The notes: generated from the letters alone by a model not told the origin. A stretch of DNA of 64,000 nucleotides from Octopus vulgaris (GCA_951406725.2 OX597832.1:30070001-30134000), one strand, 5' to 3'. Positions 41,449 to 56,686 are shown, numbered from the stretch's first letter. Numbers and translations are program-made.

Positions 41449-42371
41449 CATATGCATATATATATATATGTTTGTATTCATATACACACATACACATATA
41501 TGTATAGAAGCATATAAGTATATATATATGTCCCCCGTCTATCTTTCCTCCAATCCTTACTATCTGTACTTCCTTCTCCCTTCTCCTCACTCCCTTTCTT
41601 TCTTTCCCTCATCCACTCTATTGTCTCCATTTTCCTCTGCATGTTTGTTCCCACGTGAATACAGGCCATTTTTTTCTCACCTCTGTCTATCCTGGACGCG
41701 ACGCGTTCTTAACTAGACGTCATTTCTCCTCGCCTCCCGACATCTTTTCCCTCTTTTTTTCGCTTCCACCATTTTTTCCCCTTGTATTTATTCTATATCC
41801 TTTCAAAACTTCTCCCATGCGTTACTTATTACAATTCGTCCTGGCCCCTAATGTCCCTTAATGTTTGTCTTCGTCGGTTGTTTACTCTGGACGTCCACCC
41901 TGTCGTTGTTCGAAGCTCTAACTCTCCAGAAATTTTATAAATTTTATAAATTTCTGGATGCAGTTGTTTAGCGAAATTTTCCTACATTTTCGTTGAAAGC
42001 TCGATACAGGGAGTAATTAACAGGTGACGACTGAGGAGGGATTAGACTTCTTGTGGTGTTTTGTCTCGTACTTGTATCTCATTATGTGTTTATGAATTTT
42101 TCACTCATTGGTGATGTCCTGTACTTGATGTATGTATATATATATATAATTATTATGAAGCATTGTGTAGAATATATTGTGTAAAGGATCGTGGGTAAGG
42201 CCAGAACAATGCGAAGTAAATGCAAGGTAAATCACAAGAAAACAAATATGTGAATTAATGTAGACTTCCTTTGTATTCAATATTTCGGGGTTATGACTCC
42301 ATTTTCAAGAAATAGATGAATGTTGCCGATGTGTGTGAGCGTACACACACTCACACACATGTATGTGTGTG

Positions 42372-42439
<68 letters not shown>

Positions 42440-42445
42440 TGTGTG

Positions 42446-42551
<106 letters not shown>

Positions 42552-43330
42552 CTGTATTGTGGTGATGTTGTTGTCTTCATCATCTGACAGATTCATGAGA
42601 TTTGGCCTGTTCTGGGCATCTTAGAAATTTGTCAGCGCCCATTTCTCTTGACCTGAACAGAGTCCATTTTTCCAAAGAGAAAGAGAGGGAGAGAGAAGGA
42701 AAATGAGAGAGAGAAAGTATTGTGTGTGCGCTCGCACGTGTGAGTGTGTGCATGCGTTCACACACACACGCATCATTACACCACACACACACACACACAC
42801 AGATATATTGTTACCGAAAAGTTATTTCTGTACCACTTTCTTATATTTCTGCTATTCTTCTTTGCTCGTTTATTTCCGTATTTTCTATATTTAAACAAAA
42901 CTAGCCGGAATAATTGTCCCAAATACCCTACCCACCTATAACAACCGCCCACCCATCATTATTCTAGATTTACATCTAATTTAACTATAATTTCCCTAAT
43001 TATAAAAATCTTACATCGTTACACTATTTAACGGTCTTAATAAACCTTGAAAAGACATTAGTTTTAAACTGTGTCCACTTTTTTTTAAAGGAATAACATT
43101 TATACTGGGACTTTATTAAAATACACCGCTTAATTCAGACATATTGTACATGCTTCAGTATCTCAAAGAATCTCATTAATATAACCATTAATACTTATTG
43201 TTTTAATTATATATTTAATATATATTTATTTATTTGTTAATTTATCCAAGCAACGACTTCTCATCGCAAATATTCTGATAATCCAAACTCTTTGAGCTTC
43301 TTCCCTGCTTTAGTATGAGCTAAGTTAATT

Positions 43331-43535
43331 TCTTCTTCTTCTTCTTCTTCTTCTTCTTCTTCTTCTTCTTCTTCTTCTTCTTCTTCTTCTTCTTCTTCTT
43401 CTTCTTCTTCTTCTTCTTCTTCTTCTTCTTCTTCTTCTTCTTCTTCTTCTTTTTTCTTCTTCTTCTTCTTCTTCTTCTTCTTCTTCTTTCTTCTTCTTCT
43501 TCTTCTTCTTCTTCTTCTTCTTCTTCTTCTTCTTT
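43331..43535. repeat. (CTT)n trinucleotide tract, ~200 bp
   Basis: Directly visible. Confidence 0.98.
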
Positions 43536-44454
43536 TCTGTTTTCTCTTCGTTTTATTCTAGCCCTCATCCACCGTCATATACTACACAGCTCTCTCTCTT
43601 TTCTCCCTTCCTTCCTCTATCTCTTCCTTCCTTCCTCTCTTTCTCCCTCTCCCTCCCTCTCCCTCCCTTTCTCTCACTCACTCACTCACACTTCTACTTT
43701 CTTTCCTACGCTTCATCGCCCATCATTTCCCACAAAACTGTCCACAATGGCCACAATTTAACTTCTTAACAATTTCTCTGTTTTACACTCATTTCATGAC
43801 ATCGTTGCACCGAAACAGACAGCAACTTGTTACGTTTGCACACATACAGCCTTTAGTAGACCTAGACAGGTTTCGACCAAGCCATCGCTAAATTAATAGC
43901 ACCAATTGGAAAAGTCATTTAGCCATGCTATACGATATTGTAGGACTAAACATTGGGGTATCAATGGCCACTCGAGTAAAGAGTTATCGATCGCAGAGAC
44001 ATATCCAAGTGCAAGCAATGTGTCTGAAATTTGTTGAAGGAATTTGTTTAGGAACCTTTTGGAGATTTTTTTGAATGAGATCTTACCACAATGTCAAAAT
44101 CAAGAGGGGACAGTTGAGGTGAAATAGTTCTTAGTGTTGTGATGTGACATATGTTAAATTTTCTGCAGACGAGCGCTGGTACGGAAATCAAGCGTTGGGT
44201 GAATCTTGAGGCTGGATGAATCTCAAACATCGTTTGAGCAACGCTGATGGAATGTTTTTCCTATCATATAAATGATTTGGCATTCAGGGCTAAATCATTG
44301 TGTGTGTGTGTGTGTGGGGAGGGGGTAGTTTCAGATTCTGGAACCAATCCCAACAATCAAGATTTGTCATGTTGTCTATATTTTTATTATCTAAATCCTG
44401 TATATGATGTGTATATGTATACGTGTGTATAAGCATACATACACATATGTGCAT

Positions 44455-44515
<61 letters not shown>

Positions 44516-44640
44516 AATATATATATATAAGTAAATGTATATATATATGTGTGTGTGTGTGTGTGGCGTGTGTCTATATGTGTACGAAAAGATTGATAGA
44601 TAAAGGTACAGAGGTATATCTACATTTATGTATGTATATG

Positions 44641-44685
<45 letters not shown>

Positions 44686-45632
44686 CCTAGGGACTCTATA
44701 CATTTGCTCTACTTATGTATTTGTACATGTTAATTATTGCTAATTCCCATTATTAACCATTAATATATCCATATTTACACTTGGCTGCTTCTTAATACCA
44801 AATCCATTTATTACTAAAGTAAACAGACAGCTAATTATAACACACTATAATTATAATTAGTTATAATTAGGGACATTATAATTGAATAAAATATATGCAT
44901 ATCTGATTAATCAATATATGTTACATTCGATCATTTATCAATATTTAATATAGTCGATCATTTAGCCAAACATGATTCCCACAACTTAACTCTTATCTTT
45001 ATAAATATGGTCGATAGCAATCAATCGATATATTGATTATTGATCTCACTGAGTACCAAAGGGAAGAGAGACTCACACACACACACACACACACATTTAT
45101 CTTTCTTTTACAGCAACCATATAACAGAGTACATTACATCAAATATGTATATATTTGTTATGTATGTTATGCGTGCATACATACATGCATACATACATAC
45201 ATACATACATACATACACACATACATACATACATACATGCATACATGCATACATACATACGTGTGTGTGAGTGTGTGTGTCTTTATGAATAACTCCCAAA
45301 TATAACGAAAATGTTAATCTCGTGCAAAACATTTTAGCAAAAAGCTCGATAAACAACGTAACTTATATTTAGTGCATAAAATAATGTTTGTGTATAAATA
45401 GATTTATATTTGTGTACAAAGTTTAATTACCCTGAAATACAACGATAGCTAAAGCAAAAGGAGATTAAAACAAAATTATCATTTGCATTTAGGTTGATAT
45501 AGACAAATGTGTGTGTGTGTGTGTGTTTTCATTATACAATGCAATATGTATAAATGTGAAGGTGATTTAACGTCATTTTAGAACTAATGTGGGCCGGCGA
45601 ACAACCGAGATTTTTAACCTTGGTCTCGGCCC

Positions 45633-45678
<46 letters not shown>

Positions 45679-45682
<4 letters not shown>

Positions 45683-45851
45683 AGATGTACTCGCATAGCA
45701 AGTAATTTGATCTGAGATCGTGTGCTGAAACGAAAACAATTGCAGCGTGGAAGGTGTTTATAAGCCATTTAAGAAACACACAAAAGCCGTTCGATTCACG
45801 AACGGCTTTTGTGTGTTTCTTAAATGGCTTATAAACACCTTCCACGCTGCA

Positions 45852-45856
<5 letters not shown>
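45679..45856. mobile_element. (TA)n-embedded element fragment ending in a perfect 58-bp fold-back
   Basis: Arms 45736-45793 and 45799-45856, loop ATTCA; flanked by (TA)n. Confidence 0.8.
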
Positions 45857-45906
<50 letters not shown>

Positions 45907-46854
45907 ATCTATCACACCTCCTCCCCGTATCTTTCCCTGACCAGTCAGGTCATTCAAAGAACTCGTTCCCTTAATGTTTCCGATTTCAAAAAATGCAGAA
46001 GTGTACAAGGAGTGTTACGAGAGGATTTGTGATGCACAAAACCCTATTTGTCAACGGAAAAGGATTAAAAAACATGCTTTTTTAAAACAATTATTGGCAC
46101 ATTTTTCGTCAATAATGATCTTTGCGCCACAACCAATCATTCACTGCGACCGTCTTCAGTATTCCATGATTAAACAGTGTTTTTGAAGCATTATGATAGC
46201 ATTTCTTTGCACAAAGCCCTATTTTTCAATAAAAAATTGACCAATAAACCGCGTTTCTGGCAAAATTGTGATTGATTCTGGCATTACTACTGAAAACAAT
46301 TTGTCCATGTAGATTTTCTTGGTAGCAAACGACTCAAGAATTCTAAGCGAGTGTTCTCAGATTTAAATTCAATAAAATTTCCCCAAGGATTAAGCACAGT
46401 AAGAGCCTATATTCGTTCAAGTCTGGTTAAGACGTGAAGCAACGACTAAAACCTTTCGTGCTCGTTTGTCTTTCACATTTCTCTCTTTATTCAAACCAAT
46501 TTATTCAAAGTTACTTATCGTTATTAGTATACATTCATGTCCATTAATCATTCCATAAACTGCAAAGTTCGTAAGGATTTTGCAACGACCTCCCTATTTT
46601 TCTCAGTGGTGGAGCGTGTACAATAACGCGGGTGGTGCGATGGAAAACAAGTGTCTGTCCTGATAACTTTAGTTAAGACAACAACATCTATGCAAGGGAA
46701 AATTAGGGTCACATACACACATAAGACTGACCATGGTGCGTGTCCCTTCCTTTGTCGGGATGCACACCGTGTTCATTGATTGGTACAATTTCAAATCGAT
46801 TATTCCTTATCAGAGACATGTACAGCAATACCAGTTGGTTCTGGTGTTATTGTA

Positions 46855-46924
46855 ATCAACGACCCGGGCAACGCCGGTGTGCATTGTGTGTGATGCGTAC
46901 GTTTTGCTTCGATTCGAAAATTGA

Positions 46925-46966
<42 letters not shown>

Positions 46967-47015
46967 AATACAATGTGAATGTAGGGGTGCATTGGTAATA
47001 TCTTATCTATATATG

Positions 47016-47084
<69 letters not shown>

Positions 47085-47141
47085 ATAATACAAAGTCAAT
47101 GTCGGTCATAATACCCGGGCAACACCGGGGTGCATTGCTAG
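46855..47141 (+). mobile_element. Tandem Helitron 3' ends
   Basis: cccgggcaacgccgg (~46863) and CCCGG-gcaaca-CCGGG...tgCTAG|T (47114-47141); a partial third unit lies at ~46962-46998. Confidence 0.6.
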
Positions 47142-47179
47142 TATCTATCTATCGGTGTGTGTGTGTGTGTGTGTGTGTA

Positions 47180-47555
47180 TTCTTTTATTCTTTTACTTGT
47201 TTCGGTCATGTGACTGCAGCGATGCTGGAGCAATGCATTTAGTCGAACAAATGGACTCCAAGACTTATACTTTGTAAGCCTAGTACTTATTCTATCGGTC
47301 TTCTCTTTTGCCGTAAACACACCAACATCGGTTGTCAAGCGATGGCTGGAGGACAAACACAGACACATAAATATATACATATATATATATACGACGAGAT
47401 TCTTTCAGTTTCCGTCTAGCAAATCCACTCACAAGGCTTTGGTCGGCCCGAGGCTATAGCAGAAGACACTTGGCCAAGGTGCCACGCAGTGGGACTGAAC
47501 CAAGAACCATGTGGCTGGTAAACAAGCTTCTTACCACACAGCCACTCCTGCGCCT
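47180..47555 (-). mobile_element. SINE family A, full length
   Basis: Reverse complement of the family A consensus. Confidence 0.9.
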
Positions 47556-47579
47556 GTCTATACACACACACATACATAT

Positions 47580-47666
<87 letters not shown>

Positions 47667-47777
47667 CATACATACATAGACATTATATGTTATTATATAT
47701 TATATAGATATGTACAGTATATACAAATATATATGTAGTATATCTACCACGAGCACATACACATATATGCATATATG

Positions 47778-47832
<55 letters not shown>

Positions 47833-48315
47833 TATTTATACATGCGTGAGTATATGTGTGTGTCTACACATATATATGAGTATATATGAGTGGCTCCTGT
47901 ACAGACACACGCACAGGAACCGCTCATATATACCCACCCCACACGCACACACACACATTCACACATACATGTATAAATACCTATCGATTCCCTTGATTTT
48001 TTCATTATTGATCTCAGTTTAAATGATAAAAATAAAACCGCTGGTTAATTTCTCTCATCAAAGATGTTTTATTGGAATAATTAATTTGGCTGGAATACGG
48101 TAGAATGGAATCACTGAGCTGAACAATCACTAATTGAACACACATTTCAGATCCATTTGCATCAACAGAATTCTTCACATTGTTGGAACTGAATTCATGA
48201 AACCGAACTTTCTATAGCTTCCACGAAATGGCACATAAATACACATACACACATAATATATATCTATATCTAATTATATAGGTATGTATGTATGTATGTA
48301 TGTATGTATGTATAT

Positions 48316-48353
<38 letters not shown>

Positions 48354-49171
48354 GTACTGCTGTCTGTCTGTTCTGATCCGTAACCAACAGGTACCCACAA
48401 ATTCTGTTATTGGCAACTCAAATCAAATATCACTTACCACAATTGGCAATACGAATTAAGTATAGATTCGGAGCAACAAAAGAAAGAAAAGATGGCGGTG
48501 GGTGGGTGGGGTGGAGGTTGAGAAAGGGGGGAAGAGGGGGGAGGAGGAGAATAAAATAGATGGAAAGTTTAACTATATATATATATATATATATTTGTAT
48601 GTATATATATATATATATTTATATACATATATCTATACACATAGACATGTATATACGTGCATATACATACATATATATACATATATAATTATATATATAT
48701 ATATATACATACAAATATGTATATATATATATATGTACATGTGTATACAAATATATAAGCCTATTTATGTATATTCATACATATACATATGTATATGTAT
48801 ATCCATATATATATATACATATATGTACATATATACATACATATATACATACATACATACATACATATATATATATATATGTATATGTTTATATATACAC
48901 ACACACACAAACACACACTCCTAGACAGGCGCACACCTATGTCTATCTTCTACCGATTGTTATATATCGACAGAGAAGGAGAATAAAGAGATGGCAGCAA
49001 TTATTGTCTCCATAATATGCTTTTTAAAATGAATGACATCTTAATTTTGATATATTTTACCTGAGTTAGATAAGTGTTTACTAAATATGTTATCCATTGA
49101 GGAGGCACTTATGGCTCTGGAAATGAGAGGGGTGCGCGGGCGCGCGAGCAGGAGTCGGTGCGAGCAGGCGC

Positions 49172-49233
<62 letters not shown>

Positions 49234-49291
49234 TGTGCTATACATAGCTTCCCATAAAGATGCTTACACAATACGCCATAAATATACATAA

Positions 49292-49342
<51 letters not shown>

Positions 49343-49564
49343 AATGTATGTATATATGTATAAGTGTAAGTGTGTGTTTGTGCGTGCATATATGCATATA
49401 TCCCATATATGCAAATATGTATATGCATATATATATTTATTTTTATACACATATATATATGTATCTATGTATGTATATATACAGATATTCCATATACATG
49501 TAATATATATATATATATATATCTGTCTATTTATCTATCTATCTATAGGAAAAACTTAATCGTC

Positions 49565-49632
<68 letters not shown>

Positions 49633-49700
49633 GTGTGTGTGTATATATATATATAAATATATATATATGTGTATATATACATATATATATATATATACAT

Positions 49701-49774
<74 letters not shown>

Positions 49775-49861
49775 GTATATATATATACATATGACAGGCA
49801 CATAAATTTATGGATATTTACCTGAAAATATCACTATACCACTTCATATAAATATATTTAT

Positions 49862-49901
<40 letters not shown>

Positions 49902-50544
49902 AGATTAGTCTGCAACGAGATAACTGCACATTAAATCATGGCCCATTTGTCACCCACGAATTTCTGCTGCAGCGGTGTTTGGTGAAATCGTTAAAAAAAT
50001 GGTATTACCTTATATAATTTCGTTGGAATCAACTTTTTTTCCCCACCTCCCAGAAGATCAATAATTCCTTTGTAACATTCACAGAAAAAAAAAGTTGATT
50101 ATTAACTCTCAATTTGAGTGGCATCAAAAAACTAAGAGTGGAATTTGATTTTTGGAAATTGGAATAATTCTTGATGTATACGAAGAAAATAGGAAAATTT
50201 GTGGGAAAGAGGACTGGAAATGTGGGGTCGAGTGAAAAAAATAAGGGAAATGATTTGGAAGGGCAGGAAAAAGGGGCTTAGATAGATTTGAATAAGGAGG
50301 CAGTGGCGGGGAAATAAAAAGGATGAAATTAAGAGGAAAATGGAGACGAAAATGAAAGAACATGTAAATTCATACATACATATATATATACATATATACA
50401 TATATACATGCATGCATGCATAGAGATAGACTTGTATATTCATACAAATCATACAGATATACATATAGACTTAACTTGCATTCTAAAATATATGCATGCA
50501 TATATAAGCAAATAAGACAAACACGTATATAAGTATATATATAA

Positions 50545-50680
<136 letters not shown>

Positions 50681-50691
50681 GTGCATATATA

Positions 50692-50842
<151 letters not shown>

Positions 50843-50951
50843 TTACATAATTGTTTGTCTTTGTATGTTTATATATGTATGCATATATTTTAGAACGCAA
50901 GTCTATATGTATATCTATGATTTTTACATATATGTATATATAGATAGATAG

Positions 50952-51007
<56 letters not shown>

Positions 51008-51043
51008 CTCTCTCTCTGTCTCTCATACTATATATATGTTATA

Positions 51044-51081
<38 letters not shown>

Positions 51082-51422
51082 CATATATGCAGGCACACAT
51101 GTTCTTGGGTAACAGTCCAAGAAATGAGAACTCAATATAAACGTAGAGTGAAGTAGTTTGTTTAAATCGCTCCAGTAACTTGTTTCACTGGAGTGGCCCT
51201 GGCATTGTCTGGGTGGTCCATACATATATGTATGTACGTATGTATGTATATATGTATGTATATATAAAGCACGCGCAAATATTTATACACGCGTAATACA
51301 TATAGATGTGTGTATTTATGTATACATGTATATTTACATGTGCATGAATATATCTGCATACATACATGCATGTAAATACACATGGGTGAATACACACACA
51401 TATATACATACACACATATACA

Positions 51423-51465
<43 letters not shown>

Positions 51466-51564
51466 GTATATACACACAACACACACAGAAACACATATAT
51501 ATATATATATACTTATTTATATATATATATATATACTATGTATATGTATATATATATATATATA

Positions 51565-51605
<41 letters not shown>

Positions 51606-51660
51606 AATAGATATACATACTTATATCAGTACATACAAACATATATATACATATGTATAT

Positions 51661-51704
<44 letters not shown>

Positions 51705-52045
51705 TCTTACGTATATGTTTGTGAAAGCTAATGCACAAGGATACAAAAACATACACATGCGTATACAGGCATGTATGTATGTATGTATAAATGCATGTAT
51801 GTATGTATGTATGTATGTATGTATATATGTATGTATGTATGTATGTATAAATGCATGTGTGTATGTATGTATGTATGTATGTGTGTATGCATGCATGTAT
51901 GTATGTATATATGTGTGTGTATGTATGTATGTATATCTGTATGCGATGTGTGTGAATTTGGGGGAAGAGTGGAAGTAAATTACGGTCTAAAGAGATTGGT
52001 TAAAAGTAGAGGAAAAGGGAAGGAGAGAGGTTAGAGGACGGGGGT

Positions 52046-52109
52046 GGAGGGTGTACAATGGAGAGGGTGTATAATGGAGAGGGTGTATAATGGAGAGGGT
52101 GTATAATGG
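52046..52109. repeat. 16-bp tandem repeat GGAGAGGGTGTATAAT x~4
   Basis: Directly visible. Confidence 0.9.
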
Positions 52110-52330
52110 TGAAAAGGAAGTGAGAGGTAAGCAGAAGAGTCTTTATAAGAGAAGAAAGTAATTATTAAAGATGAACATTAGAAATAAGAAGTATCTACAC
52201 ACAGGAACACCTGCATACAGGCACACACACACACACACAATGGTTTAAATGCAAACGTACACATATACACTCTCTCCTTCTTTCTTTCTCTCTCTCTCTA
52301 TATATATATATACATATATGTATGCATATG

Positions 52331-52487
<157 letters not shown>

Positions 52488-52584
52488 ATATATATATATG
52501 CATGCATATATATATATATACATATACATATATATACATATATATACATATATATATATATGTATATATACATTCATATATGTA

Positions 52585-52632
<48 letters not shown>

Positions 52633-52649
52633 TATATATATGCATAAAT

Positions 52650-52700
<51 letters not shown>

Positions 52701-52901
52701 CCCAGACACATAGAAGCATGCATGTATGTATGTATTTATGTATGAATGTATGAATCTGTGTGTAGGTGTGCGTCTGTGTATGCTTCTTTATGCATGTGTA
52801 TTTGAAGGTATGTGTATATGTGTGTGTGTGTGTGTTCGCGTGTGTGTGTAAAAAAAGGGAAAGAGGGAGAGATAGATAAAAGACTGAGATAGAGAGAGAA
52901 A

Positions 52902-52936
<35 letters not shown>

Positions 52937-52969
52937 GAGAGAGAGAGACAGAGAGAGACAGAGAGAGAC

Positions 52970-53006
<37 letters not shown>

Positions 53007-53377
53007 AATGAGGGTCCCCGGAAGGGAAGAGAATTTTTGAAAATTTCTGAAGAGTGATTAGAAGAGATTTAGAAATAAAAATAATGAGAGAGAAATTTGT
53101 TGCCGTTTTCTTCTTGCTGTTGTTGTGGTTGAAGGCTTTTGTTAACGAACGATTAGAAAGAGAATAGGAAGACTTTGGTGAGGAATGGGAAAGAGAGAGA
53201 GAGAGAGAGAGATTGGGGATTGATAAACGATTTAAGTTAGTAATAATAATAATAATGATAATAATAATAATGAGAAGAATTAGAAGAAGAAGAAGAAGAA
53301 GAAGAAGAAGAAGAAGAAGAAGAAGAAGAAGAAGAAGAAGAAGAAGAAGAAGAAGAAGAAGAAGAAGAAGAAGAATC

Positions 53378-53538
53378 TCTTTTCGTATAAGTTTATTGCC
53401 TGCAATTTGGTTGGTTGGGGTGGGGGGCGGTAAGTCGATTAAATCGACCCCATTACCTAACTGGTATCTATTTCACTCACCCCGAAAGGATGAAAGACAA
53501 TGTCGACCACGACAGAATTTTAACTTAGAACGTAGAGA
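53378..53538 (-). mobile_element. SINE family C partial
   Basis: gtcgattaaatcgacccc...ccccgaaaggatgaaag...gtcgacc. Confidence 0.75.
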
Positions 53539-53566
53539 GCGATGAATCATCATCATCATCATTATC

Positions 53567-53715
<149 letters not shown>

Positions 53716-53946
53716 GGATGCGAGCTGGCCAGAATCGTTAGGACGCCGGGCAAAGTGCTTAGCCGTATTTCTTTCGTCTTTACGTTCTGAGTTCAAATCC
53801 GCCAGGGTCGACTTTGCTTTTCATTCTTTCGGGGTCGAATAAATTAAGTACCAGTTACGCACTGGGGTCGATATAATCGACTTAATCCGTTTGTCTGTCC
53901 TTGTTTGTCCCCTCTGTGTTTAGCCCCTTGTGGGTAGTAAAGAAAT
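53716..53946 (+). mobile_element. SINE family C, full length
   Basis: Colinear with 11618-11848. Confidence 0.9.
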
Positions 53947-54182
53947 AAATTATTATCAATAATAATACTAATTATTATTCTCACTACTAGACTCGAGAAA
54001 AAAATTTGCTCTTCTTTTGCTGCTAATAACCATGGCCCTCTCTACAGACTACGTAGGATATGGAGTCCACATATGAACTATGGTCTTGCCTGTATCTTAC
54101 TTTTTGCATTCCGTATTTGTGCGCACGCGTGTATGTATCATCTAGTTACCTCTTGCAATCAATCTACTTACCTATCTATCTA

Positions 54183-54241
<59 letters not shown>

Positions 54242-54282
54242 CTGTTTATCTATCTATCTATTTATGTCTGTATGTATGTTTT

Positions 54283-54316
<34 letters not shown>

Positions 54317-54414
54317 TGTATGTATGTATGTATGTGTGTGTGTATGTATGTATGCATGTATGTATGTATGTATGTATGTATGTATGTATGTATATATGTA
54401 TGTATGTGTATATA

Positions 54415-54464
54415 TGTTCCACGTCCTCGTGTTGTGTTTTCTCTGTGTTTTCATGTTTGGATTA

Positions 54465-54468
<4 letters not shown>
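54415..54468 (+). mobile_element. 3'-terminal fragment of the same element (copy 3)
   Basis: tgttccacgtcctcg...catgtttggattaact followed by (TA)n. Confidence 0.7.
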
Positions 54469-54517
<49 letters not shown>

Positions 54518-54568
54518 GCATGTATATATGTATGTATATCTCTCTTTTTATATATGTATATATACATA

Positions 54569-54619
<51 letters not shown>

Positions 54620-54779
54620 TATTACAAATGGAATAAATTCTAGGTTGGTAGGTAGGTATGTGGGTAGGTAGGTAGGTAGGTAGATCTATGTTCTGTTTGT
54701 CCACCCATTATATAACTATTTCAGTTGGCCATCCTCTAACCTCTGACCACCCTTTAAACTGTTATCAAGCTATCTGGGC

Positions 54780-55375
54780 TTATTTAGATGTCCCCATTTC
54801 TATTCAAATGTTCCCAGTTTTGATTCGACGTCCCCACTTATATTCAAATGTCCCCACATGTATTTAGATGTCCTCGGTTTTATTTAAATGTCCCCACTTC
54901 TATTTAGATGACCCAATTTTATTTAGATGTCCCCAGTTTTATTTACACATTCCCACTTATATTTAGATGCCTCTAGTTCTATTTAGAGATCCCCACTTAT
55001 ATTTAGATGTCCCCATTCTTATTTAGATGTCCCCACTTATATTTAGATGTCCCAATTTTATTTAGATGTCCAAACTTATATTTAGATGTCCCCATTCTTA
55101 TTTAGATGTCCCCACTTATATTTAGATGTCCCAATTTTATTTAGAGATCCCCACTTATATTTAGATGTCCCCATTCTTATTTAGATGTCCCCACTTATAT
55201 TTAGATGTCCCAATTTTATTTAGATGTCCCCACTTATATTTAGATGTCTCCATTCTTATTTAGATGTCCCCACTTATATTTAGATGTCCCCGTTCTTATT
55301 TAGATGTCCCCACATATATTAGGTGTCCCCGTTTTATTTAGATGTGTCACTTACATTCAGATGTCCTGTTTTACA
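54780..55375. repeat. 19-20-bp minisatellite (ATTTAGATGTCCCC+5/6 nt) with 79-bp higher-order repeat
   Basis: Unit variants A acttat, B attctt and C (cccaatttt) occur in the order ABAC x3 from 54981. Confidence 0.95.
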
Positions 55376-56271
55376 TTCATTTCTCCACATGTCCACAAAA
55401 ATAGATAAATTGACCCAGTGTCCACATACAACTGCACAAAACACTACAACCTAAACTATACAAGACATCAAACATTTATAAATATTATTTATTTCCCAAA
55501 ATATCTTTTATTGATAAAATCTGTTATTGATTAGGCTATAATTTATTGATTGGAATATATTTTATTGATCTAGGTGTATTTCTTTAACAATATTCTTACA
55601 GACGAACTAAAGGAACATTTCTCTGAACTTCAGTTTTCAGTTTGTAGTTGGAGCTAAATTCCGCTCATTTGTCTGCTGCTAATTAGAGAAAACAACGGCC
55701 AGGAAATATTCCATTGAACATTTACCGATTCAAAGAGAAACCTTTAGCTTCGGGCATAGATTTAGCTTCTATATTCTAACGAACGAAACTGAAAATAAAT
55801 GGAGACGGGGAGGGGGTGAGATAAATCATGAAAAGCAGACGACAAGTCATAAAAATGTAAAATTATTTTAATTTATTTTTTATTTGTTTTGCTATGGCGG
55901 CGGTGTGGTGGGTGGTGGCGTGTACCTTTCGTTTGATGTCGACGGAATTTTGATGTTCAAGCAAACAGAAAATAGGTTTTCATTAAAAGATTGAATCAAC
56001 TTTAGAATGTTTTATATTAAATACATAATAACGACTGTTGCCGTGTTTTAGATTTTACAGTAGCTTTGTTAAAGATGGCGGCCAATATCTAAAGTCTAAA
56101 AAAAAGCAAGCGATGTTACTACCAGTTCAAATATGATTTTAGGGGTAGCGTCCGTCATCGCAACTTTCTTGAAGAACTTTGTCATTTTGGGCGTTTTCTT
56201 GAATTTTTTATCTTACATTCAAGCATAAAACATTGATATGCAGTAGCGTGTGAGATATTTTGCTCAAATAT

Positions 56272-56431
<160 letters not shown>

Positions 56432-56505
56432 GTGTGTCTGTGTGTGTGTGTTGATGGAAGCGCAGGAACAATAGAACTCAAAATATGAGTATATGTATAT
56501 TTTTA

Positions 56506-56604
56506 TTAATATTTAGCAAAATAAACGAATGACTCAAGATCCGAGAGTTTTGTGCGTTTGGCACTGGGACCTTGAGTCACTCTGCTACTTCTGCTAAATA
56601 CTAA
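56506..56604. mobile_element. Small diverged MITE-like inverted repeat
   Basis: tatttagc...tgactcaagatcc versus ggaccttgagtca...gctaaata. Confidence 0.5.
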
Positions 56605-56605
56605 C

Positions 56606-56662
<57 letters not shown>

Positions 56663-56686
56663 GTATTTATGTATGTATGTATGTAT

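Noticed and set aside
41860-42130. Hammerhead in this TA-adjacent Penelope-like relic (ctggatgcag...agcgaaa) and the small palindrome at 41925-41958
   Set aside because: The core is too degenerate to call, and the palindrome is short and AT-rich.
54780-55375. CRISPR-like repeat-spacer appearance
   Set aside because: The variable parts are 5-6 nt and recur periodically; there are no cas genes and the context is eukaryotic.
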